From Candidatus Pacearchaeota archaeon (lineage in GTDB: Archaea; Nanobdellota; Nanobdellia; Pacearchaeales; GW2011-AR1), in the NCBI GenBank assembly GCA_041659945.1, contig JBAZXH010000001.1, positions 593,903 to 617,902 of the forward strand: a DNA stretch of 24,000 bases. The letters run 5' to 3'. How positions within the stretch are numbered: the first letter of the stretch is position 1; each line of letters starts with the position of its first letter. Made by a program: the position numbers and the translations under genes. The notes beneath the pieces were generated by a model. The model worked only from the letters and a program-made list of their open reading frames with translations, was not told the origin of the DNA and searched no databases. Of this stretch, positions 14,780 through 22,332 are shown in pieces.

Positions 14780-16471
14780 ATGAGATATTCTGAATTGTGT
14801 GAGGTTTATGAACGAATAGGTGGCACAACAAAAAGGCTGGAAAAGACTGATATACTTTCTCATTTCTTGAAAAAGGTTAGTGATAAAGACAAAGACATTC
14901 TTTATTTGCTCCTGGGAAATATTGAATCTTCATATGGTGAAGGTGAAATTGGTATTAGTAGTCAGACAGTGATTAAAGCTATTTCAAAAGTTTCTGGACA
15001 AAGTGAAGAACTTGTTATTAAAGAATGGAAAAAAATTGGAGATTTGGGAGAGGTTGCAGGAAAATTAATTTTAAATAAAAAACAGTCAACATTGTTTTCT
15101 AAATCTTTAGCAGTTGATGATATAGTTAAAATTTTAAAAGAGATATCAAAGTTTGAGGGAAAGGGAACTGTTGGAAAAAAAATTGATTTAATTGCTGGTC
15201 TTTTGTCGAATTCAAGTTCTATTGAAGCTAAATATATAGTTAGAACTTTGATGGCTGATTTAAGAATTGGGATTAAAGAAAGTACAATAAGAGATGCGAT
15301 AGCTCTTGCCTTTTTTAGTGAGAATTCTAAGGAAGCAGCCATTGAGATACAAAATGCTCTTGATCTAAATCCGGATATTGTAATGATTTTTGAACATGCT
15401 AAAAAAGGAATTAAATCGTTGAAAAGTGTTTCTTTAGTTACTAATAGACCAATAAAAGCTATGTTGGCTCCAAAAGTTTCTTCCATTGAGGAGGGTTTTG
15501 AAGTTGTTGGAAAACCTGCAGCATTTGAATACAAGTATGACGGTTTTAGATTAATAATTAGCAGAGATGGTGATAAGGTTTCTTTATTTACAAGGAGATT
15601 AGACAATGTAACAAAACAATTTCCAGAAGTAGTTAGTTATGTTAAACAGTATATTGATGCTAAATCTTTTATTGTTGATTCAGAGATAGTTGGTTTTGAT
15701 CCTAAAACAAAAAGATATTTACCGTTTCAATCAATAAGTCAGAGAATTAAAAGAAAATATGAAATTGAGAAAATGGTTAGAGATTTTCCAGTTGAAGTAA
15801 ATGTTTTTGATTTGCTAATGATTAATGGAAAGAATTTGTTAAATGAACCCTTTCAAGAAAGAACTAAAACTCTGAGAGAAATTGTCAGGAGAGTTCCATA
15901 TAAAATAATCTGTGCTAAGCAGTTAATTACCAATGATGAAAAGAAAGCAAAGAATTTTTTTGATGAGGCTTTGAAGGAAAATCAAGAGGGCGTTATGATT
16001 AAAAATTTAAATGGAATTTACAAACCCGGTGCAAGAGTAGGCTATATGGTTAAGCTAAAACCTAATCAAAGGGATTTGGATTTGGTAATTGTTGGTGCTG
16101 AATATGGAACTGGAAAACGTGCAGGTTGGATGAGTAGTTTTATTTTAGCTTGCTATGACGAGGAAAGTGGAGATTATTTGGAAGTTGGAAAAGTTGGAAC
16201 TGGAATTAAAGAAAAATCTGAAGAGGGTGTTTCATTTGATGATTTAACTCAACTTTTAAAACCATTTATTATTGAAACAACGGGTAAGAATGTTAAACTA
16301 AAACCGAAAGTCGTTGTTTCAATTACATATCAAGAAATACAAAAATCTCCGACTTATAATTCGGGTTATGCTTTGAGATTTCCAAGAGTAACTGCTCTGC
16401 GCGACGATAGACGTGCTAGTGAGATAAATACCTTGGATGAAGTTAAGAAAGAATATCAGAACCAAAAGTAA
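14780..16471 (+). CDS. lig: ATP-dependent DNA ligase (Lig1/archaeal type)
   Basis: Adenylation motif I EYKYDGFR. Also FIVDSEIV, EGVMIK, a VKLKP-type motif, an N-terminal DNA-binding domain and a C-terminal OB fold (LRFPRVTALRDDR). Confidence 0.92.
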   Translation: MRYSELCEVYERIGGTTKRLEKTDILSHFLKKVSDKDKDILYLLLGNIESSYGEGEIGISSQTVIKAISKVSGQSEELVIKEWKKIGDLGEVAGKLILNKKQSTLFSKSLAVDDIVKILKEISKFEGKGTVGKKIDLIAGLLSNSSSIEAKYIVRTLMADLRIGIKESTIRDAIALAFFSENSKEAAIEIQNALDLNPDIVMIFEHAKKGIKSLKSVSLVTNRPIKAMLAPKVSSIEEGFEVVGKPAAFEYKYDGFRLIISRDGDKVSLFTRRLDNVTKQFPEVVSYVKQYIDAKSFIVDSEIVGFDPKTKRYLPFQSISQRIKRKYEIEKMVRDFPVEVNVFDLLMINGKNLLNEPFQERTKTLREIVRRVPYKIICAKQLITNDEKKAKNFFDEALKENQEGVMIKNLNGIYKPGARVGYMVKLKPNQRDLDLVIVGAEYGTGKRAGWMSSFILACYDEESGDYLEVGKVGTGIKEKSEEGVSFDDLTQLLKPFIIETTGKNVKLKPKVVVSITYQEIQKSPTYNSGYALRFPRVTALRDDRRASEINTLDEVKKEYQNQK

Positions 16472-16525
16472 ATTTATTGTCGTTAATTTATATTTTTGTA
16501 ACATAATAGTTAATTTGTGAAAAGA

Positions 16526-16533
16526 TTTATAAA
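16526..16533 (+). promoter_or_regulatory. BRE/TATA promoter (GAAAAGA-TTTATAAA) of the giant surface-protein gene
   Basis: TTTATAAA starts 29 nt upstream of ATG 16555. Confidence 0.6.
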
Positions 16534-16554
16534 GGTGTTTATTTTAGATTAGAT

Positions 16555-19500
16555 ATGAAAAAGGGTGTGATAAATGGTAAACCATTGACAAATGTCCTGG
16601 TTATTGTAGCTGTTTTTTTAATGTTGATTTCTTTTTTAGTAATTTATAGTAACTATAAAACTCCAACTGGAAATGTTGTTAGTGGAACAGGAAGTTTGGA
16701 AATAACCTCTGAACCAGCTGGTGCACTTGTTCTTGTAGATGGTGCATATAAAGGAACTACACCAAAAACTGTTTCTGATTTAACTATTGATGGAAATCAT
16801 TTGGTTCAAGTTACAAAAACTGGATATAAACCTGTTTCAACAACAGTGAATATTGGTACATATAATACAGACAAGATTGGAGTAAATATGATTTTAATAT
16901 TAACTAGTCAAACTCAATCAACAGGAATTTTTGAGGCAAGTTCTGATCCAATATCGAGTGTTTATATAGATAATGTTTATAGAGGATCAACTCCTCTAAC
17001 TATTTTTGGTTTAAGTCTTGGAGATCATGCAGTTAAACTCACAAAATCTGGGTATAATGATTATGTAACAACAACAAATATTGAGGCTGGAGATAGAAGT
17101 GCAGTAAGTATAAGTTTAACACCTGGTTCTACCCAACCTACTGGAACTGTTTCTTGTGGTATTAATCAAAAAATTGGTGATGTTAATGGTGATGGAGTTA
17201 TTAATTCAGTTGATTCTGATTTAGCAAAAAATGTTGTTCAAGAAACTATTGGTATGCCTGAAAACATTTGTTGTTTAGATGTTAAACAAGATGGGCAAAT
17301 TGATTCAACTGATTCTATATATATTGATCAAATAATCGCTGGAACAAGACAAGAACAGGGTGTTTGTTCAATGATTACAACTCAAAGTTTGCCATATGGT
17401 GGAAAAGGAATATTTACACAGTTGGCTGATTTTAATGTATTATATAGTAAGGATGTTAATTCTTTAGCCGGAGCTGATGCTGAGAATGTTTATCCGGGAT
17501 CTGCAGCACAAGGAATTGTTGCAATGATTCCCCATAAGAATGGAGTATTAACTGCTTTTAATGGCGGAGGAGTTTATTACACTCAAGATGGAAAAGATAT
17601 TGGATTAAATGAAAGTGGTGGAGCATTTGATAGGACTAAAGTAGTTTATGTTGCTAATTCGAGTTCTGGGTTAAAGGTTAGATACTTGGCTGCATATAAT
17701 GATGGAATTTATACTCAATTGGAAAATGGTAAGATATATTATAGTACTAATGTTGAAAAATTAGTTAATGGTGCTGAAGAAGTCTATCCTGCTGCAGGTC
17801 TTGTAACCTCTATTGTTCCATATAAAGATGGAGTTTTAACAACATTTGGAGGTACTGGTGTTTACTATAGTCCGGACGGGAAAAATCTTGGTGGTGGCGG
17901 AAATACTAAAGCTGTTTGGGATACAACTGCAAATGGTGGTGTAAAGATATTGTATATGTCTGCATATAATGGAGGACTGTTTGTTCAACTTGATGAAACA
18001 GTAAATAAGCCCGTATATTATAAAGCTAATTATGTTGTTCCTTCAGCTGATTATCAATCTCCTGCAGGAAATGAAAGGCTTCAATTAAACTTTAGTGATG
18101 CTGAGAAGGTTTATGGTTTGGGTCAGAGAGTTTTGTTTATTTATCCTTATGAAGGTGGTGTGATAAATGCTTTTGAAGGTGGCGGAGTTTACTATAGTCC
18201 TAGTGGAAAGGGTCTTGCGGGTGGAAGTCCTGATGGTATTGGAGTTTACAGTGGAGGTGGTGATGACAGAGTTATTTATCTAATGGTTTCTGATGCTGTT
18301 GAGTCTGCTGATCAATTTGAACCAACTGGGTTGTGGTTGGATGGTATAACCTATGGAACAACTAATTTTTATTGGAATAAATTTAGTTACTCTGAACAAT
18401 TTAAGTCTTGTAATGATAAGAATCCAGATAGTGCAACAAAAGTACCTGAGAGTTTTAAACCAGTTTTTGGTTATTACCAAGACTTTGATTTTTCAAATCA
18501 ATCTTCTATTACTGGAACGGTTTTGTGGGATGATAGAGGAAATGCAGTTTTTTGGCCTAAGACTGGAGGATTTTATTGCTGGTATTATATCTCAAGACAG
18601 TCTATACTTGCACAAGGTGTAGGAAATGCAGCATTTGAAAATTTTGTTCCTAAATTTGGTTATTACCAAGACTGGAGAGATGTAACTAATGGAGATAAAA
18701 ATACTGGAACTGTTTTATATGATAATACTGGAAAGTATATTGTTTATTTCCCTAAATTAGAGGGTTTTACTGGATGGACTAATCCTCAGGACTTTAGAGA
18801 TACAATCCAAGTGAATAAAAGTATTTTTGGAGTTCCTAAATTTGGTTATTACCAAGACTTTGGAAAAGATCATCAGTCTACTGGAACTGTTGTTTATGAT
18901 GCAGCAGGACATTATGTGTTCTTAAGTAAAAAAACTGGTTTGTGGAGCGGAATTAATGATTTTAAAAATGTTAGCATAAGTGGATTAGCTGCAGGAGATA
19001 CCTTTGTTCCTAGTTTTGGATTTTTTCAAAGATTTGGCAATAATAGTGAAGGTAGTGGCACAATATTATTTAGAGTGAATGGTAATAATGTGGATGCTGC
19101 ATTTGTGGGATTAAAAGATGCTGGTTGGAGTTACTGGTCATATTCAAGATTATTTGGAAGTTCAATTGGAGCAGGTAGAATGCCTGGAATATTTGCTCCA
19201 GAATTTGGTTATTCTCAAACATATGGCGTAGCTAGTGATGGTAAGGATATATGGAGTAATGTTTTGTGGGGAAAGGCAAAAGAAGCTCCTGCAGATTATT
19301 ATTCTTTAAATATGGATAGTATAACTATGACTGGCGTGAGTGTTGTTGGTCATCCTCAAGTTGTTGATGGAAAAATTGATAAAGCTTTAAGTTTTGGCGG
19401 TAGTGATTATCTCAAAGTTACTAGTTTACCTAATTATTATTCTGGAAAAGCTTTTAGCTGGAGTGCTTGGGTTAGAAAAACTACAAATGGGGATATGATG

Positions 19501-21048
19501 ATTATGTCTCACGGAACAGGTTCTGGGGGAAATGGAGCTTATCTTAATGTATATAATAATAGATTGATGTTTACAATTAGTGGATCTCAAACAGAAGATG
19601 CTAATAATTTATTTCCACTTAATGAATGGCAGTTAGTTACTGCAACCTATGATGGAAGTAAAATGAAGCTGTATAGAAATGGAGTTTTAGTAAGTGAAAA
19701 TTCTCCAGTTGTGTTTACAAGTCCAACAAGAGATATGATTATTGGAGGTTTTATTAAACCAGATACTGGTGATTTGATACAGTCATGGACTGGGATGATA
19801 GATGATGTAAGAATTTATTCTAGAGTTTTGAGTGATGCTGAGGTTTCTTCTTTAGCTGGAGGAAGAATTGGTGGTCCTACAAGAGCAAGTAATTTTAGTG
19901 GATTACCATTGAAGTTTGTTCCAAAGGTTGGAATTTATCATCCAATGGGTGATGGAAGAATAATGCTGTTTAATTCAACTGGGCAAGTTTACTTTTATAA
20001 TCCTAAGGCTGGAAGTTATTTGTATCGTGGAGATTATACCAACTTAACAAATTTAGGATTGGCCGGATTAGGAGCTAATTTTAAACCAGTTACTGGATAT
20101 TATTTTAATGTAACTAATAATGATGGCACATTATTTCAAGGCGTTCATTTATGGAATGCTGAAGGAGTTTTAACTAGTCTTAATTTGACAACCGGAAAGT
20201 TTAGTAGTATGCAGTCAAAATCTGCTTTAGGATTGCCTGGAGAGTTTAAACCAACTTTAGGATTTTCTTCGGAAATTGGAAGTGGAAGAATTTATTTGTT
20301 TAATTCAAGTGGATTTTTGTACATTTATAATCTTGAACTGAAGAAATTTATACCAAGAGGTGATCCTACGAATATGAGTAATTTGGGATTGTATGGATTT
20401 ATTCCAACTGTAGGGTATTATTACAAACATGATATTAATAATCAAGGTATGCATTTGTGGAATGCCAGTGGTAGTTTGAGAGTATTATGGTTGCCAGGAA
20501 ATCCTAATAACTTTACAGATATGACTAGTTCTAAGGTAGGCTTGGGTTTATCTGATAAATTTAAACCAACTGCAGGATATGGTCATAGGATGAATGGAGG
20601 AGAGTTTACTACAATTGATTTGTGGAGAACTAATGAGGTATATGAAATGATTGGATCTGCATCTCAATTTAGTCTTGTTGATAGAGGTCAGGGAATTTCA
20701 GCACCAACACCGGTAGGTTATTGCAATCCATTGGAAACTGGCGGAAATTCTATTCCATCAAAAACAAGAGTTAACTTTGAAGGAAATATGCTTTACTGTG
20801 ATCCTTTGACTTTAGAGTTTATTGAAGCACAACCAAAGGGATCTACTTGCTTTAATGATTATGAGTGTGAGTCAAATAGCTGTGTGGAAAGTTCTTGTCA
20901 AGAGTTTGCAACAGAGTTTGCAGCGCAGGGATCATTGTTAAAAAGGATTTGGTGCACATTAACAAGCTTTATAAATAATCCTGGAAATGCAGCACAAAGA
21001 CAAACAGCTTATGATGTTTGTATAGCTAGTGGTGTAAGTGGAGGTTAA
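16555..21048 (+). CDS. Giant (1497 aa) N-terminally anchored surface protein: 2x PEGA, dockerin-like pair, propeller-like repeats, novel FxPxFGYYQD repeats, LamG/ConA-like lectin domain, C-terminal Cys module
   Basis: TM at aa 12-31. PEGA at about 16690-16902 and 16924-17121 (SEPAGALVLVDGAYKGTTP...HLVQVTKTGY; SDPISSVYIDNVYRGSTP...HAVKLTKSGY). Dockerin loops DVNGDGVINSVD / DVKQDGQIDSTD at 17173-17343. LamG_3-like region at about 19300-19860 (ALSFGGSDYLKV..WSAWVRKT..MKLYRNGVLV..MIDDVRIYSRVLSDAEV). Confidence 0.85.
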   Translation: MKKGVINGKPLTNVLVIVAVFLMLISFLVIYSNYKTPTGNVVSGTGSLEITSEPAGALVLVDGAYKGTTPKTVSDLTIDGNHLVQVTKTGYKPVSTTVNIGTYNTDKIGVNMILILTSQTQSTGIFEASSDPISSVYIDNVYRGSTPLTIFGLSLGDHAVKLTKSGYNDYVTTTNIEAGDRSAVSISLTPGSTQPTGTVSCGINQKIGDVNGDGVINSVDSDLAKNVVQETIGMPENICCLDVKQDGQIDSTDSIYIDQIIAGTRQEQGVCSMITTQSLPYGGKGIFTQLADFNVLYSKDVNSLAGADAENVYPGSAAQGIVAMIPHKNGVLTAFNGGGVYYTQDGKDIGLNESGGAFDRTKVVYVANSSSGLKVRYLAAYNDGIYTQLENGKIYYSTNVEKLVNGAEEVYPAAGLVTSIVPYKDGVLTTFGGTGVYYSPDGKNLGGGGNTKAVWDTTANGGVKILYMSAYNGGLFVQLDETVNKPVYYKANYVVPSADYQSPAGNERLQLNFSDAEKVYGLGQRVLFIYPYEGGVINAFEGGGVYYSPSGKGLAGGSPDGIGVYSGGGDDRVIYLMVSDAVESADQFEPTGLWLDGITYGTTNFYWNKFSYSEQFKSCNDKNPDSATKVPESFKPVFGYYQDFDFSNQSSITGTVLWDDRGNAVFWPKTGGFYCWYYISRQSILAQGVGNAAFENFVPKFGYYQDWRDVTNGDKNTGTVLYDNTGKYIVYFPKLEGFTGWTNPQDFRDTIQVNKSIFGVPKFGYYQDFGKDHQSTGTVVYDAAGHYVFLSKKTGLWSGINDFKNVSISGLAAGDTFVPSFGFFQRFGNNSEGSGTILFRVNGNNVDAAFVGLKDAGWSYWSYSRLFGSSIGAGRMPGIFAPEFGYSQTYGVASDGKDIWSNVLWGKAKEAPADYYSLNMDSITMTGVSVVGHPQVVDGKIDKALSFGGSDYLKVTSLPNYYSGKAFSWSAWVRKTTNGDMMIMSHGTGSGGNGAYLNVYNNRLMFTISGSQTEDANNLFPLNEWQLVTATYDGSKMKLYRNGVLVSENSPVVFTSPTRDMIIGGFIKPDTGDLIQSWTGMIDDVRIYSRVLSDAEVSSLAGGRIGGPTRASNFSGLPLKFVPKVGIYHPMGDGRIMLFNSTGQVYFYNPKAGSYLYRGDYTNLTNLGLAGLGANFKPVTGYYFNVTNNDGTLFQGVHLWNAEGVLTSLNLTTGKFSSMQSKSALGLPGEFKPTLGFSSEIGSGRIYLFNSSGFLYIYNLELKKFIPRGDPTNMSNLGLYGFIPTVGYYYKHDINNQGMHLWNASGSLRVLWLPGNPNNFTDMTSSKVGLGLSDKFKPTAGYGHRMNGGEFTTIDLWRTNEVYEMIGSASQFSLVDRGQGISAPTPVGYCNPLETGGNSIPSKTRVNFEGNMLYCDPLTLEFIEAQPKGSTCFNDYECESNSCVESSCQEFATEFAAQGSLLKRIWCTLTSFINNPGNAAQRQTAYDVCIASGVSGG
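17407..18294 (+). repeat. Three ~95-110-aa in-frame super-repeats (propeller-like) inside the giant gene
   Basis: Recurring G(I/L)(F/Y)(T/V)QL...YY(S/K) followed by AE(N/E/K)VYP...P(H/Y)K(N/D/E)G(V)(L/I)xxFxGGGVYY(T/S)x(D/S)GK. Seen three times (GVLTAFNGGGVYYTQDGK, GVLTTFGGTGVYYSPDGK, GVINAFEGGGVYYSPSGK). Confidence 0.6.
18454..19290 (+). repeat. Five tandem ~60-aa repeats, F-x-P-x-F-G-Y-Y-Q-D...GTV(L/V)(W/Y)D..G
   Basis: FKPVFGYYQDF, FVPKFGYYQDW, VPKFGYYQDF, FVPSFGFFQRF, FAPEFGYSQTY. An exact 28-nt DNA repeat GTTCCTAAATTTGGTTATTACCAAGACT occurs at 18646-18673 and 18832-18859 (186 nt apart). A 21-nt related copy lies at 18466-18486. Confidence 0.8.
19915..20712 (+). repeat. Five further, more diverged ~52-56-aa repeats of the same type after the LamG domain
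   Basis: FVPKVGIYHPMGDGRIMLFNSTG, FKPVTGYYFNV..HLWNAEG, FKPTLGFSSEIGSGRIYLFNSSG, FIPTVGYYYKH..HLWNASG, FKPTAGYGHRM..DLWRTNE. Confidence 0.7.
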
Positions 21049-21049
21049 A

Positions 21050-22267
21050 ATGAACAAGATTTTGATCATCTTGTTGTCTTTTGTTTTTTTTGTTTTACTT
21101 TTAGTTAGTGTTAATGGAGTTTACGCTCAGGTAATTGATAATCCGTGTGCTCAAGTTGGTGGATGTTATGTTCAAGATCTGGATAAATGTCTTTCTATTG
21201 GTCAGGTTTATAATCAACAGTATTGTGAATATGACGGAACATTAACTGCTCAAAAAGAACTTGGAACTGATTGCCTTAATGACTATGAATGTGTGAACGC
21301 GGGTTGTCTTGAAAGTAAATGTCAAGTGAAATATCAATTGCAAAATACTACTTTCTTACAAAGAATATTTGATACAATTAAGAATATATTTATTCCTGCA
21401 AATGACCTTCCGTGTACAAGTGATTCAAACTGTTCTAGTACAGAATATTGTGATCTTGAAGCTGGATTGTGTAGAGATAGAGAAAGTTCTTGTGATGATG
21501 CAACGCCCTATAGATGTAGTGATGGGAGATGTGTAGCTAATTCTGGAAATTGTGGTGGCGGAGGCGGAGGATGCAGTGGTTATTTATGTCCTGATGGTCG
21601 TTGCGTACAAAATGTGTCTAGTTGTAATATCTGTACAAACTGTAATTGCTTTCCTCATTGGGATTGCACAAACTGGTCAAATTTTGATCAAAGTTGTGGT
21701 ACCCGAAATTGTGTTGATCTTCATAGATGTTCTAAAATAATTGGTAAGCCATCAGAGTATAGAGCATGTGGAGAAGAACCACCTCCTGAAGAGTTTTGTG
21801 GAAATGATAATTGTGCTGCTAATATTGAAGATTGCGCTAGTTGTCCTTCAGATTGTGGTGAATGTGGTATAATTCCTCCAATTACTTCTAAAAGCTTTTT
21901 AGTGTTTTGGGTTGTTTTGTTAATAATATTAATAATACTTGTTATCGGAATAATTATTGTGGCTTTATTTTATAAAAACAATAAGCCTAAGTCAAAGAGC
22001 TCAACTTCTAGTACTACAATTTCTAAACCTTCTTCAGGTAGTGGAGGTTCACTATCTCAGGTAAAGTCTGCAGTTAGTTCTTCAACTGTTCTATCCCGAG
22101 GTATTGGAGCTACACCGGTAGCAAGACCTGTGGAACAGGTAAGACCACCAATTCAACCACCAAGGCCAACAAATGTTTATTCTAATTCTACGAAACCGTC
22201 TCCTTCACAACAGAGAAATAATCCTGCAGTAAGGCCTACACCTGATAGAAGATTTCCAATAAGATGA
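21050..22267 (+). CDS. Cys-rich type I membrane protein (signal peptide, about 30 Cys ectodomain, TM, Ser/Pro-rich tail), partner of the giant protein
   Basis: Start at ATG 21050 (MNKILIILLSFVFFVLLLVSVNGVYAQ), 1 nt after the giant gene stop, with GGAGG at 21040-21044. Repeated YRCSDGRCV / YLCPDGRCV units, CGGGGGGC, and EFCGNDNCAANIEDCASCPSDCGEC. TM FLVFWVVLLIILIILVIGIIIVALFY followed by YKNNKPKSK and an S/P/R-rich tail. Confidence 0.75.
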   Translation: MNKILIILLSFVFFVLLLVSVNGVYAQVIDNPCAQVGGCYVQDLDKCLSIGQVYNQQYCEYDGTLTAQKELGTDCLNDYECVNAGCLESKCQVKYQLQNTTFLQRIFDTIKNIFIPANDLPCTSDSNCSSTEYCDLEAGLCRDRESSCDDATPYRCSDGRCVANSGNCGGGGGGCSGYLCPDGRCVQNVSSCNICTNCNCFPHWDCTNWSNFDQSCGTRNCVDLHRCSKIIGKPSEYRACGEEPPPEEFCGNDNCAANIEDCASCPSDCGECGIIPPITSKSFLVFWVVLLIILIILVIGIIIVALFYKNNKPKSKSSTSSTTISKPSSGSGGSLSQVKSAVSSSTVLSRGIGATPVARPVEQVRPPIQPPRPTNVYSNSTKPSPSQQRNNPAVRPTPDRRFPIR

Positions 22268-22303
22268 TTTGTTTATAAACTTGTTTTAAAGCATATCGAA
22301 AGG

Positions 22304-22328
22304 TTTATAAAGGGACTCCCTTTATAAA
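22304..22328 (+). promoter_or_regulatory. TBP promoter: perfect 12-1-12 palindrome made of two TTTATAAA boxes
   Basis: TTTATAAAGGGA C TCCCTTTATAAA. The distal box starts 29 nt upstream of ATG 22333 with the BRE-like CGAAAGG upstream. The proximal box ends 4 nt before the ATG. A third TTTATAAA lies at 22272-22279. Confidence 0.6.
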
Positions 22329-22332
22329 TGTT

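Noticed and set aside
14962-15606. 214-aa minus-strand ORF inside the DNA ligase gene
   Set aside because: It is entirely antisense to a confidently identified ligase. Its Ser/Leu/Phe/Ile-rich translation is typical of the reverse frame of Lys/Glu-rich coding DNA.
18466-18860. Regularly spaced (186-189 nt) near-identical 21-28-nt repeats that a repeat finder might flag as a mini CRISPR array
   Set aside because: The repeats are in frame within the giant ORF and encode the conserved FGYYQD motif. The spacers are homologous to each other at the protein level. No cas genes or leader are present.
21553-21570. Run of six Gly codons (GGTGGCGGAGGCGGAGGA) considered as a slipped-strand phase-variation tract
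   Set aside because: The codons are heterogeneous, so it is neither a homopolymer nor a perfect short tandem repeat. Slippage is unlikely.
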